Shown: positions 8,906 to 19,151, numbered from the whole stretch's first letter. The stretch: 63,961 nucleotides of DNA, filler included, from an uncultured bacterium (GCA_964372275.1; 3 parts of 3 records of this genome joined end to end with filler, not necessarily neighbours in it); one strand, 5' to 3'. Program-made: numbers and translations. The notes: generated by a model not told the origin, from the letters alone.

Positions 8906-9990
8906 TCGAGCCGACGCGCACGGCGACCGGCCGCGCGGGGGGACCGAGCCGATGGCTCCGGAAACTCCGCGCGGCGGTACGCGACACGCGGGTGCTCCTC
9001 CACGAATTCCAAGGGTCGCTGATCCTCGCCTTCCTGGTGATCGCCGGTGGCGCCGCGCTAATCACTCTCTTCTACGACGCAGGTCCGAAGCCCGACTTCT
9101 TCGAGGCGGTCTTCGACGTCCTTCAGCTACTCGCCTTCCAGTCGCCGCTCGCGTTCCCGCGGAACTGGGCGCTTCGGCTGCTCTTCTTCCTGATCCCGAT
9201 CTTCTCGGCGCTGGTCCTCGCCGAAAGCCTGGTCCGGTTCGGGATCCTCTTCTTCAACCGAAAGAACCGGATGGAGGCCTGGAACGTGTCGTTGGCGGCG
9301 ACTCAGAAGAACCACGTGGTGGTGTGCGGGTTGGGCCGGGTCGGCTATCGCATCGTCGAGGAGCTGCTGGCGATGGGGGAGTCGGTGACGGCAATCGAGC
9401 AGGACCGCGGTCAGCGATTCGTCGACGCCGCGCGGGCGAAGGAGATCCCGGTGCTGGTCGGCGACGCGCGCACCCGCGAGCACCTCCTCGAGGCGAACGT
9501 CGCCGCCGCGCGTGCCATCATCTGCGCCACCGACGTCGACTTGACCAACCTGGAAGCGGCGCTCACCGCGCGGGAGGTCAACCCGAGGATCCGTGTCGTG
9601 GTCCGGATGTTCGACCCGCTCCTGGCGAAGAAGCTGGAGAAGGCGCTCGACATGACGACCTTCTCGACCACCGCGATCTCGGCTCCGGTCTTCGCGGCCG
9701 CGGCGACCGACCGGAACGTCGTCCACTCCTTCCACCTCGGCGAAACCCGACTCTCGATCGCGCAGATCCTGGTGCCCGACGGTAGCCGGCTCGTCGCGCG
9801 AAGCGTCGAGGAAGTGGAGCGGCGCCACGACGCCTCGATCGTGGCCCTGGCGCGGCGATCGGAGATCGACTTCCATCCGTCGCCGGACACGCGGATCGTC
9901 GCCGGCGATCGGATCGCCGTCCTCGCGCCGATGGAAACCCTGGCCGAGATCGAGCGGGAGAACGCCGTGCAAGGGGCGATGGGCGCGTGA
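8902..9990 (+). CDS. TrkA/RCK-domain potassium channel family protein
   Basis: Two TM helices, HVVVCGLGRVG Rossmann motif, GDAR, TrkA-C domain; GTGA overlap. Confidence 0.85.
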   Translation: MIEPTRTATGRAGGPSRWLRKLRAAVRDTRVLLHEFQGSLILAFLVIAGGAALITLFYDAGPKPDFFEAVFDVLQLLAFQSPLAFPRNWALRLLFFLIPIFSALVLAESLVRFGILFFNRKNRMEAWNVSLAATQKNHVVVCGLGRVGYRIVEELLAMGESVTAIEQDRGQRFVDAARAKEIPVLVGDARTREHLLEANVAAARAIICATDVDLTNLEAALTAREVNPRIRVVVRMFDPLLAKKLEKALDMTTFSTTAISAPVFAAAATDRNVVHSFHLGETRLSIAQILVPDGSRLVARSVEEVERRHDASIVALARRSEIDFHPSPDTRIVAGDRIAVLAPMETLAEIERENAVQGAMGA

Positions 9991-10045
9991 CCGGTCCGTG
10001 ACCGACCGACCATCGGGCCTCACCGCATCTCCCTCGACCCCTGTC

Positions 10046-10885
10046 CTACTCGCAGCCGCGGGTGGTGGAGACGACCCCCGCGGTCGAGACGCTCAAGGTC
10101 GCGACGCCGGCCGTCGAGTAGGTGAGCGTCCCCCACTCCCACAGGTCTCCGGTGGCGGTCATCGCCGCCGACCGTTCGTCGAGGAGCACGCCGTCGGCGA
10201 AGGCCCGAATCGTCGCCGTCGTGCCGCCGAAGCCGTCGTCGCAGTAGTAGTGGCCCAGCACCCGGTAGCTGCCGGCGGCCGGAGTCGCGAGGCCGATCAC
10301 CTCCGGACCGAAGCCGTCGTCCTGGTCGATCGGCAGGATCGGATCGTCGTCGGTCACCCCGGCGATCCCCCAGTCGGGGGTGCGATTCTGGAAGAAGCAG
10401 TCCCAGGGCGCTTCGAAAAAGGCGTTCCCGGGCTCCTGGGCGATCAGGTGCAGGTCCATGTCGGTGATGTCCCGATCCCAGGCGAGCTCCAGCCGAAGCC
10501 CATCGGACGACTCGATCTCGAACCACGAAACGGCCGCGTCGGAACGCAGCCCGTCGTCGTCGACGACCCGGAGCTCCACCGTGTAGCTCCCCAGGAGGTC
10601 GGGCACGAGCCCGATCCGCCGTCCCCCTTCCAACGGATCGAGCGTCATCCCCGATCCCGCGGGGGCCGAGGCGATCCTCCATTCCCATTCGACGACCGTC
10701 CCGTCGGGGTCGTAGCTCCCCTCGCCCCCCATCTCGTAGCCGACGAACGACTTCATCGCCCCGGCCGGCGAGTCGATCCGAGCCACCGGCGCCTTTCGCG
10801 CAGGCAGGTCGGTCACGAACGGCGAGTTGCCGCACGCCGCCGCCGCCGCTCCGACGAGCGCCAGCGCCAGCGCCTGCGCCCGCAT
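10046..10885 (-). CDS. Lipoprotein with PKD-like and YfaP/DUF2135-like domains
   Basis: Lipobox AAAC, SYDPDG..VEWEW, LAWDRDITDMDLHL, DQDDGFGPE. Confidence 0.7.
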   Translation of the reverse strand: MRAQALALALVGAAAAACGNSPFVTDLPARKAPVARIDSPAGAMKSFVGYEMGGEGSYDPDGTVVEWEWRIASAPAGSGMTLDPLEGGRRIGLVPDLLGSYTVELRVVDDDGLRSDAAVSWFEIESSDGLRLELAWDRDITDMDLHLIAQEPGNAFFEAPWDCFFQNRTPDWGIAGVTDDDPILPIDQDDGFGPEVIGLATPAAGSYRVLGHYYCDDGFGGTTATIRAFADGVLLDERSAAMTATGDLWEWGTLTYSTAGVATLSVSTAGVVSTTRGCE

Positions 10886-10887
10886 TC

Positions 10888-12042
10888 TCACGGCGCCCAC
10901 CTCGGAAGGTGCTCGAATCGATCGGTCGAGATCTCGTCGATCCGGTCGGCCTCCCAGTCGAGCCCCGTCTCGGGATCGAAGTGCGTCATGTGGATGTCGG
11001 AGTCTCCGCTGCCGTCGGCGGTTCCGCAGGTCAGACGATTGCCGACCGCCGACCAGGTCGCCCAGGTCCGGCCGGCGGAGCTGGAGGCGTTCAGGTCGTC
11101 GGGGTTCCGCACCTCGCCATCCTCCAGTCGTAGCAGGCGGATGCGGCTGGTCGTCGAGGAGAAGGTGCTGCTCTCCGGGCTCGACGGCGAGTCGGTGAAG
11201 GCGATCCACTCGCCGTCGGGGGAGATTTCCGGGAAGTAGCTCATGCGACCGGACGACGCGTGGAGCAGCTCGTTGCCGGTGCCGTCGGCGCGGATACTCC
11301 AGATCTCCGACTCCTGGTAGAGCACGATGCGACTGTCGCCGTAGCGGCCGCCGGCGTAGACGATCCGATCGTCCGGGCCCCACGACGGCTGACTTGCGAT
11401 GCGCCCGTCCGCCGCCGTCGCGGTCAACGTCATCAGCAGACCGGAGCTCACCGATGCGATCTGGAGGCCGTACGGCGACGCGAGCACGAACCGGTCGGCG
11501 ACCTCCCCCTCCCCCACCGGCCGCCACGAGGTGAACGTCCCGGTGATCGGTCCGCCGGGAACCTCCACTTCGACCGGAGGCTCGACCGACAGATCGACGA
11601 CGTGGATCGTCGGATCCAGTCCGAGCCGGTTCGTCAGCTCGACGACCGCCATGTAGCGGCCGTCCCTCGAGACCGAGTGGCATCCGACGCACTTTCCGGA
11701 CGGCGCCGACCAGAACGGCTCCGGCGCCGACGACGAGCCGATCTCGTGCCGGTAGATGCGCCCCTTCTCGTTCCCCGCCTGGTCGGTGGCGATCCGCCAG
11801 AAGTAGAAGTAGTGGTCGTCCCCGAAGGTCCCGTCCCAGTCCGGCGGCTCGCGGTCGGGCGGAGGATCCTGGTGATCGCGCCCGAACAGCCAGCTGTCGT
11901 TACAGGCGCCGGCGGCAAGCGCGATCGCCGCCGCGAGCGCGGCGCGGCCGAGACGGCGAAGCGGGCGCAACGCGGCGGAGAGCCGGCGCGCCTGCAGGAG
12001 TTGCCACGCGCGCGGCGCCGCGGTGAGCCGGCGCGCCGTCAT
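10888..12042 (-). CDS. TolB-like beta-propeller lipoprotein
   Basis: Lipobox AGAC, CVGCHSVSRDG, PD40-like repeats QPSWGPDD / FPEISPDGEWIAF. Confidence 0.75.
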   Translation of the reverse strand: MTARRLTAAPRAWQLLQARRLSAALRPLRRLGRAALAAAIALAAGACNDSWLFGRDHQDPPPDREPPDWDGTFGDDHYFYFWRIATDQAGNEKGRIYRHEIGSSSAPEPFWSAPSGKCVGCHSVSRDGRYMAVVELTNRLGLDPTIHVVDLSVEPPVEVEVPGGPITGTFTSWRPVGEGEVADRFVLASPYGLQIASVSSGLLMTLTATAADGRIASQPSWGPDDRIVYAGGRYGDSRIVLYQESEIWSIRADGTGNELLHASSGRMSYFPEISPDGEWIAFTDSPSSPESSTFSSTTSRIRLLRLEDGEVRNPDDLNASSSAGRTWATWSAVGNRLTCGTADGSGDSDIHMTHFDPETGLDWEADRIDEISTDRFEHLPRWAP

Positions 12043-12791
12043 CCGGGGTCCCCTTCCACCGTGATCCATCGCTCCGACCACTCGGTCCCTCCGCGCCCGT
12101 CGGTGACGACGATCCACGTCCCGATCTCGCCCTCGCGCCCGGGGGCGCGGAAGAGGAGCTCTCCCGAGCTGCCGGTCCCGGATCGGTCGATCAGCGAACC
12201 GCCGCTGGTGAACGTCCGGATCTCGATCTCCTCCTGCGTCCACTCGCCGGCCACCCGGTGCAGCTCGCCCAGCATCGAGGACGGAGAGAGATGCACCGCG
12301 AGCCGCTGTCCGGGCCGGGCTGCTTCGATCCCCGGCAGCCCCGGTGGGTCGCCCCACCAGACGTGGTCGAGGACCGGGTTCCGGTTGACCGGCTCGGTCG
12401 CGGGCCGAATCGGCACCGCCTTCAGCGCGCGCTCGAGCCGGCCGCCCCGGTGGAGGTCGATCCAGAAGACGACCGAGTCCCCGGGGAAGGCGCCGGCGGG
12501 GACCGCCGTCTCGATCTCCGCTCCGGAGCCGAGGAAGGTGAGCTCGTCGGTCTGGGCGCAGTCTTCGAGCGATTCCAGGGGGCAGAGGTTCCAGCGCACG
12601 TCGATCTCCGTGTCATCGCGGACCGGAGAGGCCACCAGCGCGCGAAGTCGGACGACCTCGCCAGGCAGCGCGCTCGCCGGCTCGGCGCGGACCGCCAGCA
12701 GCCGCGGACGGTCGATCGTCTCGGAGCGCCGCGCGCGATCCCCATCGCAGGCCGCGAGAGCGAGCGCCATCATCGGGAGGATCGCCCGCAT
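12039..12791 (-). CDS. Lipoprotein of the type found downstream of myxobacterial TonB receptors
   Basis: Lipobox LAAC, RLLAVRAEP, NRNP, WIVVTDGRGG. Confidence 0.7.
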   Translation of the reverse strand: MRAILPMMALALAACDGDRARRSETIDRPRLLAVRAEPASALPGEVVRLRALVASPVRDDTEIDVRWNLCPLESLEDCAQTDELTFLGSGAEIETAVPAGAFPGDSVVFWIDLHRGGRLERALKAVPIRPATEPVNRNPVLDHVWWGDPPGLPGIEAARPGQRLAVHLSPSSMLGELHRVAGEWTQEEIEIRTFTSGGSLIDRSGTGSSGELLFRAPGREGEIGTWIVVTDGRGGTEWSERWITVEGDPG

Positions 12792-15100
12792 CAGAAGGTG
12801 AGCCCCACTCCGATGCTGGGAAATAGCGGCATGGCGGGGGAGACGCCGGGATCGGTCGGACGGCCCCCGGTGGCGGTGCTCAGCCGGTCGACGTTCTTCC
12901 GGTTGGTGACGTTCTGCACGTCGACGAAGGCGTCGAGCCCCGCCCCGGTGCGGAAGCTCCAGTGCTTCGCCAGCCGCACGTCGGCCTGGAAGAACGACGG
13001 CGCGCGCCGCCCCCAGGGCGAATCGCCGACGCCGACGTACCCGCCGGCATCCGGCACGTAGACGTCGGCGCCGAACGGCGTGTAGGGAAGTCCCGTGTAC
13101 CACCGGATGCGCGTGCCGCCGCTCCATCCCCGCCGCATCTCGCGCGAGGCGACGAGGGTGACGGCGTGGGTGGAGTCGCGATCGCTCCGCGTCCAGCGCC
13201 CCTCGGTTCCGAGATTCCGCCAGTCGGTCCGGGAGAAGGTGTAGGCGATCTCCCCGCGCGTCCGCCCGCTCTTCGTCGAGAAGCGGGAGAGGAGCTCGAT
13301 CCCGCGCGAGCGCCCGTCCCCCACGACACTCCCCTCCAGGTCGGGAAACCACTCGATCCCCTGCACCTGGTCCTCGAACGTGTTCCAGAAGGCCCTGGCG
13401 TCGAGCTGGACCTCCGAACGAATACGGTGCTCGACCCCCGCCGAGACCTGCGTCCCGCGGGTCAGGCCGAGGCGGTCGTCGTCGACGAACGCCAGCGCGA
13501 ACGGCTGCGGCCGGTGGTAGAGCCCGCCCGAGGCGGAGATCGAGGTGCGGTCGGTGGCGAAGTAGCGCGCCGTGCCGCGCGGGTCGAGCCACCCGCGGCC
13601 GACGAAGGTGTCCGCGTCGGCGCGCAACCCGGGCAGCAGGACGAGACGCGGAAGCGGACGCAGCTCCAGCTCGGTCCACACGCCGGCCCATGCGCCCCGG
13701 TCCCAGTAGTCGCGGTCGACCAGGAACCACTCCTGCTGCTCCCAGTCGAGCGAGAGGCCGGCCTCCGGCCGGACGGCGTGCAGCTCCACGCCGGCCCGGA
13801 CCGGCACCCGCCGGAACCGGACCTCCCCGTCGGCGGCGACGCGCAGATCGTGCTGGGCGCGATGCGAAGCGGCACGGTAGCCCTGCCCCGGCTCGACGAT
13901 GCGCATCCGGAATCGGTCGTATCCGTAGCTCACGCCGAGGGATCCGGTCGACGTCCCACGCCGCGTCCGCCAGGTGAGGCCGGCCCGGTAGAACTCGGTG
14001 TGCAGGCTCGTCGGGCGCCCGGGCAAGGCGAGGTCGTCGAAGGTGCCGAAGACCAGCGCCTGCAGCTCCGATCCCCGCTCGGTGGGCCTCTTGTAGACCA
14101 CCTGGAAATCGTTGTAGCCCCAGATCGGAAGCTCCCCCCACGCCTCGCGGTTGCTTCGCGCGACGAGGTCCCAGATCGATGCCCGGTCGGAGACCGAGAG
14201 GATCCCCCCGCCCGCCGGCCCGCGCGCGATGGCGTTGGTCTCGAACAGCGTCAGGTTGGCCCGACCGTTCCAGGGGATCGCCTCCTCGCCGCGCATGGCG
14301 CGGCTCCGGATGTCGAGGACACCGCCGGTCAGCCGTCCGTACTGCGGCCCGGCGCCGCCCGGGACGACGTCGATGAACTCGATCATCTCCGCCGGCAGGA
14401 TCGCGGACAGCGCCGCGTAGTGATAAAAGTAGGGGATGTCGATCCCGTCGAGGTACGCGCGGCTCTCGCCGGGGCGCGCCCCTCGGATGCCGAGATCGCC
14501 GCTGCCGACGATCGAGCTCCAGAGCGCCCCTTCGAGGGTGCGGCGGCCGAGTCCGGGAAGCCCTTCGATCGCCTGGAAGACGTTGCGCGGGCTGCCGGCG
14601 ACCGTCTCGAGCGCGACGCCGTCGACGCGACGGTGGGTATCGCCGCCGGCGGACGCCTCCGCCGCGAGGTGCGGCGACATCTCCCGCAGCCGAACCTCGA
14701 GCACCGTGATCGCCGCCGAGCAGGGGGTCTCGATCGATTCCGGAGCGAACCCCGAGCGCAGGACGACGATCCGCGCGACCCCCGGAGGGGGGATCACCAG
14801 CGTCCCGTCGCCGGTGGTTCGCCCGACGCGCCGGAGTGCCGGCGGCCGCTTCGCCTTCGCCGCCTTCGCCGGCGTCCGGAAGCGCGGCTCCACCTGCACC
14901 AACGCGCCGGGGATCGGCTTGTCGGTCGCCCCATCGCGGACCTGGAGCAGGATCGCGGAGCAGTCGGTGGGGCTCCACAGCGGCTCCTCGGTCGACTCTT
15001 CCGCCCTCGCCGGCAATGCGAGACACGCAAGGGCGACGACTCCGACCCGCGCACAGCGAAGCAGGGCGACGAACGAACGGCGGCGGGGAGAGGAGTCCAC
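12791..15100 (-). CDS. TonB-dependent receptor (start uncertain; alternative GTG 15136)
   Basis: Signal peptide, Cna-B-like domain, plug IRGA...YLDG...YGRLTGG, LDPR, DVQNVTN, C-terminal Phe (GVGLTF). Confidence 0.9.
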   Translation of the reverse strand: MDSSPRRRSFVALLRCARVGVVALACLALPARAEESTEEPLWSPTDCSAILLQVRDGATDKPIPGALVQVEPRFRTPAKAAKAKRPPALRRVGRTTGDGTLVIPPPGVARIVVLRSGFAPESIETPCSAAITVLEVRLREMSPHLAAEASAGGDTHRRVDGVALETVAGSPRNVFQAIEGLPGLGRRTLEGALWSSIVGSGDLGIRGARPGESRAYLDGIDIPYFYHYAALSAILPAEMIEFIDVVPGGAGPQYGRLTGGVLDIRSRAMRGEEAIPWNGRANLTLFETNAIARGPAGGGILSVSDRASIWDLVARSNREAWGELPIWGYNDFQVVYKRPTERGSELQALVFGTFDDLALPGRPTSLHTEFYRAGLTWRTRRGTSTGSLGVSYGYDRFRMRIVEPGQGYRAASHRAQHDLRVAADGEVRFRRVPVRAGVELHAVRPEAGLSLDWEQQEWFLVDRDYWDRGAWAGVWTELELRPLPRLVLLPGLRADADTFVGRGWLDPRGTARYFATDRTSISASGGLYHRPQPFALAFVDDDRLGLTRGTQVSAGVEHRIRSEVQLDARAFWNTFEDQVQGIEWFPDLEGSVVGDGRSRGIELLSRFSTKSGRTRGEIAYTFSRTDWRNLGTEGRWTRSDRDSTHAVTLVASREMRRGWSGGTRIRWYTGLPYTPFGADVYVPDAGGYVGVGDSPWGRRAPSFFQADVRLAKHWSFRTGAGLDAFVDVQNVTNRKNVDRLSTATGGRPTDPGVSPAMPLFPSIGVGLTF

Positions 15101-15151
15101 GATCGACCGACGGCGAAGGCAGGAACGATTCGACACCGGGGTCCTCGTCCC

Positions 15152-16540
15152 ATGGTAGCGCACCCGCCCCGGCGATGGGCGCGCGCGTTTGTGGCGTCCG
15201 GCTCCGTATGGGTATCGATCTCCGCCGTGGCGCCGGCGACCGCCGCGCCGCCGCCCGACGACTTCGTCGCGCAACAGCTCTCGTTCCGGGCGGTCCGCGC
15301 CGTCGAAGCGTGGGGGGTCACCACCGGATCGAGCGGCGTCGTGGTGGCGATCGTCGACTCGGGAATCGATCCGGACCACCCCGACCTCGTCCCGAACGTG
15401 CTGCCCGGGTGGGATTTCGTCGACGACGACGGCGATGCGCGCGATCCGCTGGGGCGTGGAACCCACGCCGCCGGCGTGGTCGGGGCGGTCGGTGGGAACG
15501 GGATCGGAATCGCGGGCCTGGCCTGGCGCGTCGGATTGCTCCCCGTCCGCGTCCTCGACGGGGCGATCGACGAGTTGGACGTCGATCCGGCGCTCGGCGC
15601 GGAGGCGATCCGCTACGCGACCGACGCCGGCGCGGGGGTGATCCTGGTCGACTTCGTCACCGGCGCGAACGACGCCGATCTGCGCGCCGCCATCCGCGAC
15701 GCCGTCGAGCGGGACGCGGTGGTGATCGCCGCCGCCGGCGACGACAGCCGGGATCTCGATCGGGATCCGGTCTACCCGGCGGCCTGGGAGGAACCGGGGC
15801 TGCTCTCGGTCGCGTCGGTCGACCAGGGGGCGAAGCTCGCGCTCTCCTCGAACCACGGGTCGCGCGCCGTGTCGCTCGCCGCCCCCGGCGTCGGCGTCTT
15901 CTCCACCCTCCCGGGCGGATCGGCCGGTCGCCTCTCGGGCACGCCCGCCGCCGCCGCGCACGTCGCGGGTGCGGCGGCGCTCCTCCGGTCTCTCCGGCCC
16001 GACCTCTCCGCGGCGGAGGTCGCCGACACCATCGTGCGGCTCGCCTCCAACCGGAAGATCCTCGACGGACGTGTGAAGAGCGCCTCGATCCTCGACCTCG
16101 GCCTGCTCCTGGCCGAGAAGCGGGACACGGTCGATGCGCGCATCGAGGCGCCGGACCGGGCACGCGTCGGCGAGACGGTCGTCTTCGACGGAAGCCTCTC
16201 CGAGGGTCCGATCGTCGAATACCTCTGGAAGTTCGGAGACCCCCTCGACGAGTTCGGACCGGCCGTGCCGCGACGGTGGTCACGTCCCGGTCGGGTCGGC
16301 GTGGAGCTGCAAGTCCGCACCTTCGACGGCCGCAGCGCAAGCGTCCGCCACGAAATCACCATCGAAGGGAACGACCTTCTTTCGTCCTGCGCCGTCACCG
16401 GCGCCGCCCACGGCCGGCGCGCGCCGATCGGGACGCTCCTCGCCGCGTGCGCGATCGCGGCCGTCCTCCGCCGGCGTATCCGGGGCCACGGATCGGTCCG
16501 CCCTTGCGCTACTCCGGCGGGAGGCCGGTGGGCAGGGTGA
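15152..16540 (+). CDS. S8 subtilase homologue, predicted inactive, with PKD domain and MYXO-CTERM-like anchor
   Basis: VAIVDSGID.DHPDL, GRGTHAAG, AAAGDD, LAAPGVGV, LSGTPAAAAHVAG; PKD FDGSLS..YLWKFGD; C-terminal Cys-TM-RRR. Confidence 0.85.
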   Translation: MVAHPPRRWARAFVASGSVWVSISAVAPATAAPPPDDFVAQQLSFRAVRAVEAWGVTTGSSGVVVAIVDSGIDPDHPDLVPNVLPGWDFVDDDGDARDPLGRGTHAAGVVGAVGGNGIGIAGLAWRVGLLPVRVLDGAIDELDVDPALGAEAIRYATDAGAGVILVDFVTGANDADLRAAIRDAVERDAVVIAAAGDDSRDLDRDPVYPAAWEEPGLLSVASVDQGAKLALSSNHGSRAVSLAAPGVGVFSTLPGGSAGRLSGTPAAAAHVAGAAALLRSLRPDLSAAEVADTIVRLASNRKILDGRVKSASILDLGLLLAEKRDTVDARIEAPDRARVGETVVFDGSLSEGPIVEYLWKFGDPLDEFGPAVPRRWSRPGRVGVELQVRTFDGRSASVRHEITIEGNDLLSSCAVTGAAHGRRAPIGTLLAACAIAAVLRRRIRGHGSVRPCATPAGGRWAG

Positions 16541-19094
16541 CGCCCGCGCCGGGGCCGGTTCCCGGCAGGTCGAGGCCGGACGCCGTTCCGCCGCACACGT
16601 ACTCCGCCGGCTCGGTGCCGGAGCGGAAGGCGACGTAGGTCGGGCTCTCCGTTTCCGGACAGGCCCGCTTCCCGGTCTCGCGATCGACCAGGACGTGCAC
16701 CACGCCCGACGGCTGCGGGAAGTCGCGCGGCGGCGTGTCGCGCGTCGCCTCCAGCATGAACTCGGTCCAGACCGGGACGGCGCTGTGTCCGCCGGTCTCG
16801 TTCACGCCGAGCGGCTTCTTGTCATCGAAGCCGATCCAGACGCCGGCGACCAGGTCGGGGGTGAAGCCGACGAACCAGACGTCCCCTTCGTCGTTCGTCG
16901 TTCCGGTCTTCCCCGCGACCGGACGACCCAGGTTCGCGCCGGTCGCGGTTCCGAAACGGACGACATCGCGCATCAGGTCGGTGACGATGTAGGCCGTCAC
17001 CGGGTCGATCACCGCGCCGTCCCGCGGAACGAACGCCTCCTCCCCCGCGGGAGCGGTGGGTCCGAGGGCCGGTGTCCGCGCCACCTGCGTACCCAGGGAG
17101 GCGACGAGGTCGGCGGCGTCCCGCGACGGCTCACCGCTCGTCGAGCGCCACTCGAGCACCCGGCCGTCGCGCGCGGCGACGCGACGCACCAGGAACGGCT
17201 CCACGCGCCGCCCGCCCGACGCGAAGACCGAATACATCTTCGACAGCTCCAGCAGCGACACCTCCGACGTGCCGAGCGCGAACGAGAGGTCCCGCTGCGG
17301 CTCGCGCTCGAGACCGATCGCCTTGGCGTAGTCGATCGCGAATCCCAGGCCGATCTCCTGCAGGATCTTGATCGACACCACGTTGCGCGAAAGGACCAGC
17401 GCGGTGCGGAAGGTGGTGTCGCCGTAGTACTCGGCGCCGTAGTTCTTGGGCTTCCAGACCGACTCTTCGAGCGCCTCTCCGCGCCCATCCCCCATCCCGG
17501 CGAGCGCGGGATCGGGATCGTCGGCGTAGACGACCGGGCTGTCGACGACGATCGTCGACGGGGTGAAGCCCTTCTCCAGCGCCGCCGCGTAGACGACCGG
17601 CTTGAAGGCGGAGCCCGGCTGGCGTCGTGCCTGGACGGCGCGGTTGTACTCGCTGGCGGCGAAGTCGTACCCTCCGACCATCGCCCGCACGGCGCCGGTC
17701 CGGGTGTCGAGCGCGATCAAGGAACCCTGCACCGCCGGATCCTGTTCCAGCGTCACGTAGCGCGAGCCGTCCGCGTCGTTCGCCTTCTCCTCCTCGTCGG
17801 GCGACTTGGCCTGCACCCACACCACGTCTCCCACCGAAAGCGCCTTCGCCAGCGTCGTGATCCGAGCCGACTCCCAATGGACCCGCGGATCGGGGGTCCG
17901 CGCCCAGCTCGCATCGCGCAGGAGCAGCGTCGCATGCTGGCCGGCGCGCGCGCTCCTCCAGTCGGGTCCGAACGCAACGGTCGCGCGCGCCCCGGTCGGA
18001 TCGATCGACACGACCAACGCCTGCAACCGCTCCCGTTCGCCGAGCGGCCGGCCCCGGAGTACCCCGCGCTGCTGGTCGAGCTCGGCGAGGAGCCCGGGCC
18101 ATGCGGTAGCCGCCGGAACCCGTTTCACCGGACCGCGCCACCCCTGCCTCTTGTCCAGTCCCCGGAGGCCCTTCTGTACCGCGGCCGCAGCCGCCCGCGA
18201 CAGGCGCGCATCGGCCGTGGTGTAGACGCGCAGCCCGCCCTTGTAGACCCGCTCGTCGCCGTAGGTCTTGATCAGCTGTTGGCGCACCGCCTCGACGAAG
18301 TAGGGGGCGGTCTCGAGGTTCGGATCCCGCTTCGGCTGGATCGCGATCTCGCGGGCCTTGGAGATCGCCGCCTCCTGCTCGGTGATCTTCCCCAGCTTCG
18401 CCATGCGGTCCAGGATCCACTCCTGCCGGTCCTTCCACCGCTTGAAGTTGGCGGGGTTGGAGTAGGTCGAGGGCGCCTTCGGAAGCGCGGCGATCATCGC
18501 CATCTCGGAGGTCGACAGCTCCTCGATGTGCTTCCCGAAGATCTCGCGTGCCGCCGCCTCGACGCCGTACGCGCCTCGGCCGAAGAAGACGTGGTTCAGG
18601 TAGAGAGCCAGGATCTCCTGCTTGGTGAAGTTGTTCTCGATCCGGCGGGCGAGGACCGCCTCTTTGAGCTTGCGCCGCAGTTTCCGCTCCGGCGTGAGGA
18701 GCAGCGACTTGGCGAGCTGCATGGTGATCGTCGACGCCCCCTGGACGACGTCCCCCTCCTGCACGTTCCGGAGCGCCGCGCGGACGATCCCGAAGTAGTC
18801 GATCCCCCCGTGCTCGAAGAAGTCGGCGTCCTCGGCGCTGGTGATGGCGTCGATCAGCTTCGTCGGGATCCGTTCGTACGGGAGGATGTAGCGCCGCTCG
18901 ACGAACAGCTCCCCGATCACCTCCCCCCGTTCGTCGTAGATCTCGGTGACGACCGGAAAGGCGTCCTCACGGATCTCCTCGACGCTGGGAAGGCTGCGCG
19001 TGAACCAGAAGTAGCCCCCCCCGGCCGTGACGCACCCGACCAGGAACAGGCACAGGTAGAGCGAGGCCCGTGCACGGCGACGCGGAGCGGCCAT
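16509..19094 (-). CDS. mrcA: Penicillin-binding protein 1A (alternative start 19112)
   Basis: Transglycosylase EDADFFEHGG, GASTITMQLAK, RKLKE; transpeptidase GSAFKP, SRN, GKTGT. Confidence 0.93.
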   Translation of the reverse strand: MAAPRRRARASLYLCLFLVGCVTAGGGYFWFTRSLPSVEEIREDAFPVVTEIYDERGEVIGELFVERRYILPYERIPTKLIDAITSAEDADFFEHGGIDYFGIVRAALRNVQEGDVVQGASTITMQLAKSLLLTPERKLRRKLKEAVLARRIENNFTKQEILALYLNHVFFGRGAYGVEAAAREIFGKHIEELSTSEMAMIAALPKAPSTYSNPANFKRWKDRQEWILDRMAKLGKITEQEAAISKAREIAIQPKRDPNLETAPYFVEAVRQQLIKTYGDERVYKGGLRVYTTADARLSRAAAAAVQKGLRGLDKRQGWRGPVKRVPAATAWPGLLAELDQQRGVLRGRPLGERERLQALVVSIDPTGARATVAFGPDWRSARAGQHATLLLRDASWARTPDPRVHWESARITTLAKALSVGDVVWVQAKSPDEEEKANDADGSRYVTLEQDPAVQGSLIALDTRTGAVRAMVGGYDFAASEYNRAVQARRQPGSAFKPVVYAAALEKGFTPSTIVVDSPVVYADDPDPALAGMGDGRGEALEESVWKPKNYGAEYYGDTTFRTALVLSRNVVSIKILQEIGLGFAIDYAKAIGLEREPQRDLSFALGTSEVSLLELSKMYSVFASGGRRVEPFLVRRVAARDGRVLEWRSTSGEPSRDAADLVASLGTQVARTPALGPTAPAGEEAFVPRDGAVIDPVTAYIVTDLMRDVVRFGTATGANLGRPVAGKTGTTNDEGDVWFVGFTPDLVAGVWIGFDDKKPLGVNETGGHSAVPVWTEFMLEATRDTPPRDFPQPSGVVHVLVDRETGKRACPETESPTYVAFRSGTEPAEYVCGGTASGLDLPGTGPGAGVTLPTGLPPE

Positions 19095-19151
19095 CCGTCG
19101 CCTTCCTAGCATCCCCCCCGGAGGGCGGCAAGCCGCCGGGCCGCCCGATGG

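Noticed and set aside
16134-19109. Very long antisense or shifted ORFs (e.g. 16134-19109, 12962-15151, 49355-51772)
   Set aside because: Shadow ORFs of high-GC codon bias: Arg/Pro/Ala-rich, motif-less and overlapping well-supported genes.
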